Source: Candidatus Dojkabacteria bacterium
GTDB taxonomy: Bacteria > Patescibacteriota > Dojkabacteria > B142 > JAFGMG01
Assembly: GCA_016927655.1 (NCBI GenBank)
Contig: JAFGMG010000001.1
Coordinates: 115,599 to 179,598, forward strand
Reading direction: 5' to 3'
DNA: 64,000 nucleotides
Each line of letters opens with the position of its first letter. The first letter of the stretch is position 1. This document shows positions 8,982 to 17,991 of the stretch, one piece after another. The notes below the pieces were generated by a model. The model did not search any database and was not told the origin of the DNA. It was given only the letters and a program-made list of their open reading frames with translations. The translations under genes were made by a program, and so were the position numbers.

Positions 8982-9239
8982 ATGTTTGCAGTTTATATAC
9001 TAAAAAGTGAAAAATTTGACCGATATTATATTGGGAGTACAGGAAATATCAAAGATCGTCTGAGAAGGCATAACGAAGGGAGAGAAAAATATACAAAGAA
9101 ATATGCACCTTGGGAACTAAAATATAAAAAATATTTTAATACAAGATCAGAAGCAGTACGATTTGAGAATCATATAAAGGAACAGAAGGATAGAAGTTAC
9201 ATTGAAAACTTAATCTTAGAAGAGAAAGCGGGGTTGTAG
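8982..9239 (+). CDS. Small GIY-YIG nuclease-family protein (YhbQ/UPF0213-like, 85 aa)
   Basis: N-terminal VYILKSEKFDRYYIGSTGNIKDRLRRHNEG = GIY-(x10)-YIG motif with conserved Arg and His/Asn. The stop codon TAG (9237-9239) lies inside tRNA-Asp. Confidence 0.8.
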   Translation: MFAVYILKSEKFDRYYIGSTGNIKDRLRRHNEGREKYTKKYAPWELKYKKYFNTRSEAVRFENHIKEQKDRSYIENLILEEKAGL

Positions 9240-9303
9240 CTCAATTGGTTAGAGCACTCGCCTGTCACGCGAGAGGTCGCGAGTTCGAATCTCGTCAGCC
9301 CCG
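9230..9303 (+). tRNA. tRNA-Asp (anticodon GTC)
   Basis: Acceptor ggggttg/cagcccc (one G-U pair), D-arm gctc-aattggtta-gagc, anticodon arm ctcgc-CTGTCAC-gcgag, T-arm gcgag-ttcgaat-ctcgt, discriminator G. 74 nt. Confidence 0.8.
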
Positions 9304-9560
9304 CTTTCTCTTTTCATTATTCCCATTTCAATTGATTAAAGCATCCCGGTCTTACCGGGAAGGTCGCGAGTCCCGGTAAATCCATAGATTTACCGAGGAT
9401 CCTCGATTTTGTAACCAAAATAAAATTTTGGATAAAATCGGGATTCGAATCTCGTCAGCCCCGCTTTCTCTTTTCATTATTCCCATTTCAATTAATTAGA
9501 GCATCCCGGTCTTACCGGGAAGGTCGCGAGTCCCGCTAAATCCATAGATTTACCGAGGAT
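9284..9560 (+). repeat. Two tandem copies (period 160 bp, about 117 bp each, about 97% identical) of a unit containing the tRNA-Asp T-loop/3' end, a degenerate D-arm, and a Lys(CTT)-type anticodon arm + T-stem fragment
   Basis: 9284-9400 and 9444-9560 align with 3 mismatches. Each contains ttcgaatctcgtcagccccg, then ctttctcttttcattattcccatttcaatt.att.a.gca, then tcccggtcttaccgggaaggtcgcgag, then a hairpin ggtaaatc-cata-gatttacc. There is no 5' acceptor strand, so they cannot fold as tRNAs. Confidence 0.7.
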
Positions 9561-9623
9561 GCCCGAATGGGTGCCCCGCCACTTATTATCGACTCCCATA
9601 TTCCTTCCTGCTAAAATACCCAC

Positions 9624-10346
9624 ATGGAACTTAAAATCTTTAGTCTAAATTGCTGGCTCTTGCCGCCGCCCTTTTCGATAAACAACCAAAAAAGACTGAA
9701 CAATATTGTTTCAACAATCAAAGTATGCCGCCCGGATATAATCGCTTTACAAGAAATCTGGCTTAATAGATATATCAAAGAAATTGAAGAGCGATTGCAG
9801 GGATATTCCTTTGTAAAATCCAATTCAAGTATTATTAATAAAAGCGGCCTTCTAACAGGTATTAGAAAAGAAGCTGCAGATTTCGAAGTTAATTATTTCC
9901 CGCAGCATTCAGAATATGGACTGTTTGAGAAGATAGCCCGCAAAGGCTATCATACAATCAAATTAAATGAAGATCTATCATTTATCAATACCCATCTATA
10001 CTGCTCAAGAGCTATGACCGGCGAACTTATAAAAAAGACTCAATTCAAATTCCTCCAAAAATTATTCCCCACTCAAAAAGTAATCCTTGGAGGAGATTTA
10101 AATATTAATGAAAAATTACTTGCGAAATTAAATACAAGATTTGTATATGACAAATCACAAGGATCGACAGTTTCTTATACAAACGCTCTAACTAGAGCGA
10201 GATTCAATAGATTTGGCGTTCCAGATCATAAAGTTGATTATATTCTCATCTCAAAGGATACCGGCGCATCAATAACAACCAGGTATATCAAAAACCCAAT
10301 CGTATCAGATCATTACATGCTGCTATCAGATGTTAAAATAACATAA
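9624..10346 (+). CDS. Endonuclease/exonuclease/phosphatase (EEP) family protein
   Basis: N-terminal IFSLNCW...DIIALQEIW is the conserved EEP fold start (Mg-binding Asn/Glu). C-terminal SDHY motif. Stop overlaps the start of the next gene (taATGg). Confidence 0.6.
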   Translation: MELKIFSLNCWLLPPPFSINNQKRLNNIVSTIKVCRPDIIALQEIWLNRYIKEIEERLQGYSFVKSNSSIINKSGLLTGIRKEAADFEVNYFPQHSEYGLFEKIARKGYHTIKLNEDLSFINTHLYCSRAMTGELIKKTQFKFLQKLFPTQKVILGGDLNINEKLLAKLNTRFVYDKSQGSTVSYTNALTRARFNRFGVPDHKVDYILISKDTGASITTRYIKNPIVSDHYMLLSDVKIT

Positions 10347-11851
10347 TGGAATTCATGAAACGTCACAAAGAAACAATTACAACAGGTCTTATCATCCTTT
10401 TTGGAGCAGGACTTCGACTGGTCAATATCAGTGCACCGGATTTCTGGCGGGACGAGGCCTTTACCCTTCGTGCTGCAACTATGCAGTTTGGAGATATGTG
10501 GAGCTCACTTACGGCTGATACAGCTCCGCCGCTCTTTACTCTAATTTTGCATTACTGGTTGAAAATTGTCCCGTTAACAGAGTTATCGGCCAGAATTCCG
10601 TCATTTATTTTTGGAGTGGCAACGATCTATTTTGCATACCTGCTTGCCAAACAGCTTTTCCCATATAACAGGAAATACATTTATCTAACTGTAATATTAA
10701 CCGCACTCAATCCAGTATTGATTTTCTATTCACAGGAAGCACGCGCATATTCACTACTCTCACTCCTTGCAACCATTTCACTCTATTTGGTTTTCAAAAT
10801 TACCACACAACCTAAAACCAAAACTTTTGTCTGGGTATTATTAAGTATCATAACAATTCTAGGCCTTTACACTCACAACCTGTTTATTTTCATTGCTTTT
10901 GTAAATGGCTTGATAATTTTCGCTTCAAGAGCAAACCTTAAAGATCTCAAACAGACTGCTAAAAGAAATATTCCATTGGCTTTAGCGTATCTTGCAGTAG
11001 GCATAGTATTTCTGCCGTGGTTTCTCGTATTTCTCGAGCAGTCCAAAACTGTCTCACAAGGCGGATTCTGGCTGACCCTTGATCCGGTCAATGACCCAGC
11101 CAAGCTTTTGACTGACACATTCTCAGGCGAGCAGATTTGGATGGAGAGCGAACTATTTCGTAGTGTTCTAAAATATTTCTCAGACATTCTTGCAGGACTA
11201 TTTACAGCAGGCAGTTTTATTATAATTTATAAACAACGACAGAATGATAAATTCAACCAAAAACTCGCGGCATTATTGTTTTGGATATTTGCAAATTTTT
11301 TGATAGTTTATCTCTACAGCTTCAAAACTTCATTTATCTATATCAGATATCTTATTTATCTGATTGTTCCCGCACTCATAATTACAACCATACCTCTTCT
11401 AAATCTCAACCTCAATAAAACTCTGAAATACATTTTCACCGCATTCGTAATTGGAAGTCTTTCCATTTTTTCAGTAATTACACTTAGGAACATTCCAAAT
11501 TCAAAGGCTCCAATGAAAGACCTGATAGCCCAAGTTGAGGTATTAAACAGCGAAGAGAGTTTAATATTGCATTCTCACGCATATACAAATCACGGCTTTA
11601 AGATTTACTCGAATTTGCGAAGTCAGATTTATAACCCGCAAGATAATCTGCCTTATTATGAAGGCCTGGCCGTATTGAGTGAAGATGATTATTTTAGACA
11701 AACTGCGGTGGCTGGCTACAAACAAGTCTTTGTAATCTATCTTTGGGATGAGGATCAGGATTTAGCCGGCGAACTTGAGAAAAATTACAAAAAGTCAGAT
11801 AATTACGACTATTCTGGAAATCTGCATTTAGATATTTGGACATTAAAATAA
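10346..11851 (+). CDS. GT39/GT83-like membrane glycosyltransferase (PMT/ArnT-type polyprenyl-phosphate-sugar:acceptor transferase)
   Basis: About 12 predicted TM helices. Conserved first-loop RDEAFTLRAA (DE motif of PMT_2/ArnT families). About 500 aa. Confidence 0.6.
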   Translation: MEFMKRHKETITTGLIILFGAGLRLVNISAPDFWRDEAFTLRAATMQFGDMWSSLTADTAPPLFTLILHYWLKIVPLTELSARIPSFIFGVATIYFAYLLAKQLFPYNRKYIYLTVILTALNPVLIFYSQEARAYSLLSLLATISLYLVFKITTQPKTKTFVWVLLSIITILGLYTHNLFIFIAFVNGLIIFASRANLKDLKQTAKRNIPLALAYLAVGIVFLPWFLVFLEQSKTVSQGGFWLTLDPVNDPAKLLTDTFSGEQIWMESELFRSVLKYFSDILAGLFTAGSFIIIYKQRQNDKFNQKLAALLFWIFANFLIVYLYSFKTSFIYIRYLIYLIVPALIITTIPLLNLNLNKTLKYIFTAFVIGSLSIFSVITLRNIPNSKAPMKDLIAQVEVLNSEESLILHSHAYTNHGFKIYSNLRSQIYNPQDNLPYYEGLAVLSEDDYFRQTAVAGYKQVFVIYLWDEDQDLAGELEKNYKKSDNYDYSGNLHLDIWTLK

Positions 11852-11855
11852 CTTC

Positions 11856-12587
11856 ATGAAAAAAACAACTCTAGTCATTCCAACTTTCAACGAAAAAGAA
11901 AATATCGGACCCCTTCTAGAAAGAATTCAAAAAGTCTCGAATGAGAGTCTCAAAGATTTAACTGAACTGAGCATACTTTTCGTCGACGACAGTTCTCCTG
12001 ATGGTACTCAGGATGAAATCCGCCGGGAAGCAGAAAAATACACAAGAGATTTTGAAATTGATATTTTATCTCGAGAAGAAAAAACCGGACTTGGGACCGC
12101 CTATATAGCCGGCTTCAAAAAAGCTATTGCGAGAGGCGCAGATTATATCGTTCAAATGGATGGCGACTTATCTCATGAGCCAGAAGTGGTATCTGAAATG
12201 ATCAAAGCCCTCAAGACGCATGATTTTGTAATAGGTTCAAGATACATCAAAGGCGGTCAGCTTCCAAAATGGAGCTTTGTTAGAAAGATGATCAGCAAAG
12301 GCGGAAATCTGTATTCAAGAATTATCCTTGGGTTTAATGTGCGGGACTATACGGGCGGGTTTAACGGTTATCAAAGAAAGGTTTTAGAGACAATCAAGCT
12401 GGATGAAATAAAGAGCAATGGCTATGCTTTTCAAATTGAAATGAAGTACCGGGCAAAAAAAGCAGGATTTAAATTCCTGGAAATTCCAATTCACTTTAGA
12501 GACCGGACACACGGGAGCTCAAAGTTCTCAAGGAATATTTTTATCGAAGCACTTATAAATACTCTGCGACTGAAATTTACAATTTGA
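11856..12587 (+). CDS. GT2 polyprenol-phosphate glycosyltransferase (Dpm1/GtrB-like dolichol-phosphate mannose synthase type)
   Basis: LVIPTFNEKENI, VDDSSPDGT and DGDLSHEPE motifs characteristic of Dpm1-like GT2 enzymes. About 240 aa soluble form. Confidence 0.8.
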   Translation: MKKTTLVIPTFNEKENIGPLLERIQKVSNESLKDLTELSILFVDDSSPDGTQDEIRREAEKYTRDFEIDILSREEKTGLGTAYIAGFKKAIARGADYIVQMDGDLSHEPEVVSEMIKALKTHDFVIGSRYIKGGQLPKWSFVRKMISKGGNLYSRIILGFNVRDYTGGFNGYQRKVLETIKLDEIKSNGYAFQIEMKYRAKKAGFKFLEIPIHFRDRTHGSSKFSRNIFIEALINTLRLKFTI

Positions 12588-12596
12588 AAAAAATTT

Positions 12597-14315
12597 TCAA
12601 GCTTTCTTTTTAGTCAGATAGTATTCCAGATGTCTTCCGAATAACAGTCTAGTATGAGCCTCAAGACCGGGGACCGAGGTTAGGAGCAATCCGACAACCG
12701 GATTTATGAACCATTCAAAAGGAATTGTCAGCCTGCGAAGCAAACTAACTCCATCACGCTTTGGCCTAATTAGACTGTCAAAGATAATTACTATGATCAA
12801 GGCCGCCAGTGTAAACTGGAGAATCGTCGAAGAAACGTTGCTAAGCCTCGCGCCAAAAACTGTGTTAGCAAAACGCGGATTGAGAGCAGGCGGCAGGTTG
12901 GCCCCAAGAAGCAGCAAAAAGGATGAGGTCGGAGCCATAACATGATCAACAAGAACATGAATTCCTCGATAATATACCACCCAATTTAATTTCCCAACTC
13001 CAAAAATCATATTTTTCAATACCCAGCCATCATCCGAAACACCCCACTGCCATCTGCGGGATTGGTAGTAATTGTTTTTAAATGTATCCCAGGGGTTATC
13101 ACCTTCAGCAGCATCTACAAGAATTCTTGTCAGCAGCGGAATAGCGGATACTTTTGATGAAAACTTAAAACTGGCCTTGAAAAAAAGATGGAAATCCTCA
13201 GGTGTGATCCACGGTGTCCAAAATCCGACCTGCTCAACCAGCCAAAACGAAGTTGAGTATGTAGAAAAGGGGATAAATTTATCAGGCCGGACCATCTTGG
13301 CGACATTGTACATACTAGCTAGAGAGTTACGAACTCTTGCTACAAAATCAATCCTCCAGATATTTGCATAAAAAAGAATTACTCCGGTATAGAACTTGAA
13401 ATGTCTGTCCGGCCTGGTCAAATATTGATAGGAAAGAATCGAGAAATAATTCGCCGGGAGCTTCGAATCAGCATCACAGCTTGTGACAGTGGTAAGTTTT
13501 TTGTCCCAGCCGAGTTTATCAATTTCTGCTTTAGCAACCCGCCCCGCAGCAGCCATATTTGAGGATTTCCCGATAATCTCGTTTTTACCGAGCTTGTGAA
13601 CAGAAATCCAAACATTACCAAAATATTTCTCGTATTTATCTTTTAAAATCTTGGATTTTGTATACCCTTCTGGATCTCGCTCTTCCGCTCCAAGTACGAT
13701 ACTTATCTGCCTTGTCGGGAAATCCTGCTTTTTAAGTCTTCTTAAAGTTTCTTCAAGGACGCCTATTGGCTCTTTAGCATGAGGAATCATTATTACATGA
13801 TTTAGATCCTTATAAGAAGGCATTTCCAGACTCCTTAATTCTTTCAGTCTTTCAATTTCTCCCCGGATAAATCTTTTCGTTTTCCCCTTTTCAAGACTGA
13901 ATACAATCTTTTGTACAAAAGCGGGGAATTTTGAGATCGAGCCATAACTTCTATACTTGCCCGAAAGTACCTGCAAGTTTTTAGTTTCATCGAATTTTAC
14001 TTTTTTAATGGTTTCATAGATCTTTTCCAGACCACGAATTGTTTTGTCAATATCTTCCAGCCCCTCAAGTCTTGCCTGCCAGTTAATCTGCTCTGAAGAT
14101 CTCAATTTAAAAACCGACAAAATATACTGGACAGCCCAGGATACAGATCTATATAGGAAGAAAATATTGAAAAGTATCACAAATACTGCAACCGCAACTG
14201 GGATGAAGAAGCTTCCAATCAGTACAAAGAAAATCACTCCCCAGGTAACGAGCGCAGGGACTTTTTCGAAAAATTTATCTAGTAATGTTTTCTTGAATGT
14301 GACTTCTGCTGGCAT
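12597..14315 (-). CDS. Membrane-embedded processive GT2 glycosyltransferase (cellulose/chitin-synthase-like)
   Basis: N- and C-terminal TM helices flank a GT2 domain with D, DxD (SCDADS) and QxxRW-like QSRRWQWG motifs. Confidence 0.6.
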   Translation of the reverse strand: MPAEVTFKKTLLDKFFEKVPALVTWGVIFFVLIGSFFIPVAVAVFVILFNIFFLYRSVSWAVQYILSVFKLRSSEQINWQARLEGLEDIDKTIRGLEKIYETIKKVKFDETKNLQVLSGKYRSYGSISKFPAFVQKIVFSLEKGKTKRFIRGEIERLKELRSLEMPSYKDLNHVIMIPHAKEPIGVLEETLRRLKKQDFPTRQISIVLGAEERDPEGYTKSKILKDKYEKYFGNVWISVHKLGKNEIIGKSSNMAAAGRVAKAEIDKLGWDKKLTTVTSCDADSKLPANYFSILSYQYLTRPDRHFKFYTGVILFYANIWRIDFVARVRNSLASMYNVAKMVRPDKFIPFSTYSTSFWLVEQVGFWTPWITPEDFHLFFKASFKFSSKVSAIPLLTRILVDAAEGDNPWDTFKNNYYQSRRWQWGVSDDGWVLKNMIFGVGKLNWVVYYRGIHVLVDHVMAPTSSFLLLLGANLPPALNPRFANTVFGARLSNVSSTILQFTLAALIIVIIFDSLIRPKRDGVSLLRRLTIPFEWFINPVVGLLLTSVPGLEAHTRLLFGRHLEYYLTKKKA

Positions 14316-14318
14316 GTT

Positions 14319-16277
14319 TTATAGCCTATTTAAAAATATTTTGTATTCTTTCAGTAATTTTTCAGAGTTGTACTGCTTTGATTTCGCTAAATTTATATTA
14401 CAAATATCTTTTAAGTGCTTCTTATTCTCAAGTAACACGTTCACCTGCTTTGCAATCTTTTGGATATCTTCCTCCTTATAAAGATATCCATTGATTCCCT
14501 CTTGTATCAAGTTTATTGTATTTGGAGTTTTTAGACAAATCAGGAGATTCGAAGTGCAAAAAGCCTGTAATATTTTTTGCTGCTCAATTCTGTTATCAAG
14601 ATTTATATAAATTTTTGACGTGTTTAGAGCTTCAGCTGGCTTTGCTTCTATAACACGCTTCTTATATTTAGAGTCCAAATTTTTACTCGAGTTGATTTTT
14701 CTATAAAGCACCTCTTCTACCAGAAACTTGCATCTATTTGAGAAAGTCTCCCTTAGAAGCAAAGCCAGATCGTCTCCTCTGACAGAAGGGCCAACACTAA
14801 TTCCGGTGAACCCCCCAAGTTTCAGCTCACCCACCCCTTCTTCAATATCAAAAAATGCCGGCAGAATTTCTGCTCTACCTCGATATTGATAATCAAACTC
14901 GAATTTATTATTAAAAACTATTTCAAGAATAATTCTATAAAGCAAAGACTTAAACTTCGATCGAATTCCTGCCAGAATTGACTTGCGCTTTGTTTTGAAA
15001 TTTTTCTCCAGACATTCGATCGAAATAAACTTAATATTGCGGCTGAGTAATTTCAATCCGACTAATTTTGCACTCCAGGCTTTTGTAATACCGCCTTGGA
15101 TAAATACGACTCTGTATTTTTGGAAGTCTTTCAATATCTGAAAAAATGACCTTTTCTTTCTCAAATCAAATTGTACGGGTTCAAAATTCACTTTCAAAAT
15201 TTTTCCTAAATCAACCTTCCCCCCAAAGTCCAGTAAAAGGACTTTTTCTTTTGCTCTTGCCTGAATATTTCTCTCAATATTTTCGATAAGCTCTTTATAA
15301 AGTGCATCCGGTTTGAAAAATTTCCGCCTTTTCGCAGCTTTTTGCCGCAGTTGATCTCTTTCTTCTTTTTCTTCCATTAGATGCTTCATCCCTTGTGTAA
15401 TCGAATCGGCGTATTTAGAAGAAACCGCGAAGCCTGCATTCCCAAGGATCTCCTTTGAAACCGCATTATCCGCGCTGATGATGCATGCCCCGGCAAAAAG
15501 CTGCTCAACAAGCGAATATGGGAAATGTTCATAATCTTTCAGATTCACACAAATCTCCGCATTCCTTATCACGACCGGCAGGTCTTTTTCCTCGATAAGT
15601 CCTGCAAAGACGATTTTCCGCTGGAGCTTATATTTTGTGACAAGCTCGATAATTTCTCGTGCTCTTTTCGATTGACCAAGAGGCTTGTTATCCCAGCCGA
15701 CTTTGATTTCAGGGCTCGCCAGAAGCAGCTTGCAGTCCGGGAATTTATGATGGATCTGGGCAAAAGCTTCAATCAGACTTGAAACATTTGAGCCTTCATA
15801 TAAATGCGAATAGAAAAAAATAAATGGTTTATTTACTCTGTAAATAGTCAATATTCTTCTAATATTTCTTTCGTCATCGCTGATATTTTTTAGATCGAAA
15901 CACTCATCTGTTTTGTCATGAACAACAATGATTTTATCTTTTTCAATTCCATACTTATTAGAAAGCTGAAGTTTCTTAAATCCTGTTTTTACTATTATTT
16001 GATCGAAGTTTTTGAGATTTTTTACTGTTGCCCGTCCAGGAATAACGTTATCAGCAAGCACAAAATATTTTGCGGTCCTGACTTTCAAACCGCCGTATTT
16101 GAGATTAAAACTGATAAAACAATCAGCTTTGATCTCCTGATCCAATGCCTTTTTAATCCTAGGACTCCGGATCTCAAAAACATCCATACCGGAGTTTTCC
16201 AATGCATGGCAAAGATCTTTTCTAAAAAAATCTTCTCTCCCATCTAATTTGCTCAAAAAATCAACTGCAATTTTCAT
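14319..16277 (-). CDS. Two-domain GT4 (group 1) glycosyltransferase
   Basis: 652 aa. First half has the GT4 C-terminal signature EHFPYSLVEQLFAGACIIS. Second half repeats a similar Rossmann/GT-B pattern (EGINGYLY). Confidence 0.6.
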   Translation of the reverse strand: MKIAVDFLSKLDGREDFFRKDLCHALENSGMDVFEIRSPRIKKALDQEIKADCFISFNLKYGGLKVRTAKYFVLADNVIPGRATVKNLKNFDQIIVKTGFKKLQLSNKYGIEKDKIIVVHDKTDECFDLKNISDDERNIRRILTIYRVNKPFIFFYSHLYEGSNVSSLIEAFAQIHHKFPDCKLLLASPEIKVGWDNKPLGQSKRAREIIELVTKYKLQRKIVFAGLIEEKDLPVVIRNAEICVNLKDYEHFPYSLVEQLFAGACIISADNAVSKEILGNAGFAVSSKYADSITQGMKHLMEEKEERDQLRQKAAKRRKFFKPDALYKELIENIERNIQARAKEKVLLLDFGGKVDLGKILKVNFEPVQFDLRKKRSFFQILKDFQKYRVVFIQGGITKAWSAKLVGLKLLSRNIKFISIECLEKNFKTKRKSILAGIRSKFKSLLYRIILEIVFNNKFEFDYQYRGRAEILPAFFDIEEGVGELKLGGFTGISVGPSVRGDDLALLLRETFSNRCKFLVEEVLYRKINSSKNLDSKYKKRVIEAKPAEALNTSKIYINLDNRIEQQKILQAFCTSNLLICLKTPNTINLIQEGINGYLYKEEDIQKIAKQVNVLLENKKHLKDICNINLAKSKQYNSEKLLKEYKIFLNRL

Positions 16278-16386
16278 ACCCGTATTTTACATCAATTGAC
16301 AGATAGATTGAAGCAGAACTCTATTTGAAACATATTTCTTCTACTGCTATAATTTCCACATACTTAAGTTTAGATATCCTGCAACT

Positions 16387-17361
16387 ATGTCAAAAAAAGG
16401 AGCCATCACAACGATTATTATCATTCTTTTTCTGCTTTTCATTTTATGTTCTTGCTGCGCAATGTTCTTTGTTGCTACTAGTGCGGTTTCTGATTACGGA
16501 CTCAGCTCTGATATCACCGAGGAAGTGGTTGTGGACGGTTCAGATGGAGATGCGATAGCTCTTATAGATATCCAGGGCATGATTGCATCAAATACAGACG
16601 CCCTAGATAGCGGAAATAAAGACATGGTAGATATTATTATTGAAAAACTAGAGCGGGCAAGAACTACTGAAAAAGTAAAAGCTGTAATAATCAGGCTGGA
16701 TACTCCCGGAGGCACAGTCTACGACAGTCACATAATTGCACAAAAAGTGAAGCAGGTAAAACAGGAAAAACCTGTAATCGCCCTTATGACAACTTCTGCG
16801 ACTTCCGGCGGTTACTATATCTCAGCCCCCTGCGACAAAATCGTTGCATCTGAAGCAAGTTTAACAGGCAGTATTGGAGTGATAACACAAATCACAGACC
16901 TCGACGGACTTTATGAAAAACTTGGAATTGATGTCTATTCCGTCACAAACACCCAGGGAGATGTAAAATCCATGGAGAATCTTTCTGATCCAAACAGCGA
17001 AGATCGAGCAGTACTAGAGCAGGTCCTTGATGACTATTATGAAGGCTTCGTAAATGAAGTAGTAAATGGGAGAGATATGACAAGAGAAGAAGTACTGGCT
17101 ATTGCAGATGGAAGCATCTTCAGCGGAACCAGGGCAAAGGAGCTTGGACTTGTAGATGAATTAGGAGGAGTTGATAAAGCGATCGAGATTGCCGAAATAG
17201 AAGCCGGCATAAGCGATGCAAAAGTAATTGAATACAATACATACATAGATCCATTTTCAAATTTCTCATTACTTATGGCAAATAAAATCAATCCTTTGAA
17301 AGTCTATACTGATAAAATCAGCGCTGATCCTGGGATGTATTCGTATTATTTGCCAAAGTAG
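16387..17361 (+). CDS. sppA: Signal peptide peptidase SppA (S49 family, 36K type)
   Basis: N-terminal TM, then ClpP/crotonase-fold with IRLDTPGGTVYDSH and S49-type catalytic Ser/Lys context. Confidence 0.8.
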   Translation: MSKKGAITTIIIILFLLFILCSCCAMFFVATSAVSDYGLSSDITEEVVVDGSDGDAIALIDIQGMIASNTDALDSGNKDMVDIIIEKLERARTTEKVKAVIIRLDTPGGTVYDSHIIAQKVKQVKQEKPVIALMTTSATSGGYYISAPCDKIVASEASLTGSIGVITQITDLDGLYEKLGIDVYSVTNTQGDVKSMENLSDPNSEDRAVLEQVLDDYYEGFVNEVVNGRDMTREEVLAIADGSIFSGTRAKELGLVDELGGVDKAIEIAEIEAGISDAKVIEYNTYIDPFSNFSLLMANKINPLKVYTDKISADPGMYSYYLPK

Positions 17362-17975
17362 TGAAAGTTACCAGAATTTATCGAGGGAAAAAGTCGAACC
17401 GGATAAATATTGATATCGAGGAAGAGTTCGGATTTTCAGTTGAAGAAGATACTTTGATAAAATTTGATCTTTATGTCGGTAGAGAAATTAATGAAAGTTT
17501 TGTCAAAGAGATAGAAGAGTTTGACAGATCTGAATATCTTTTTAATAAAGCTGTAGGGTATATCGCCAGAAGACCTAGAAGTGAGAAAGAAATCTGCGAA
17601 TATCTGGAAGAAAAAAGCACAAAAAGATTTGGAGAAATAAATGCTGGAAGCATTGCAAAGGCTATAGACAAACTAAAAGGGCGGGAATATTTGAGCGATG
17701 CAGAATTTACAGCTTGGTTTGCAGAAACGAGAATAAATCAGCGGAAATATTCCGCTTTTCAAATAAGAAGTGAGCTGGCATTGAAGTTTGGGATTGATAA
17801 GGAACTGATAGGAAACATTCTAGCAAAGCAGAACATCGAGGAAAAAGAAAGAGATGCGATTGAAAGCCTGATAAGCAAAAAGCTAGGTCGTTACAAATCA
17901 AAAGAAAAAATGGCTCAGTATTTGAAAAATAAAGGTTTTGACTGGGACAATATTAAAACTGCACTAAATATTTAA
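17361..17975 (+). CDS. recX: RecX-like regulatory protein
   Basis: About 200 aa all-helical protein with three tandem three-helix repeats resembling RecX (EKEICEYLEEK..., FQIRSELALKFGI..., MAQYLKNKGF...). Confidence 0.5.
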   Translation: MKVTRIYRGKKSNRINIDIEEEFGFSVEEDTLIKFDLYVGREINESFVKEIEEFDRSEYLFNKAVGYIARRPRSEKEICEYLEEKSTKRFGEINAGSIAKAIDKLKGREYLSDAEFTAWFAETRINQRKYSAFQIRSELALKFGIDKELIGNILAKQNIEEKERDAIESLISKKLGRYKSKEKMAQYLKNKGFDWDNIKTALNI

Positions 17976-17991
17976 TTATTAGTTTAATACA

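Noticed and set aside
9304-9463. Possibility that a repeat unit is a functional tRNA with an about 75-nt intron in the T-loop
   Set aside because: No 5' acceptor strand able to pair with cagcccc exists upstream within the unit, and the D-arm is degenerate. It cannot form a cloverleaf without trans-splicing, for which bacteria have no known machinery.
16296-16352. TTGACA and TATAAT hexamers upstream of sppA
   Set aside because: Spacing between them is about 45 nt, which is incompatible with a single sigma70 promoter.
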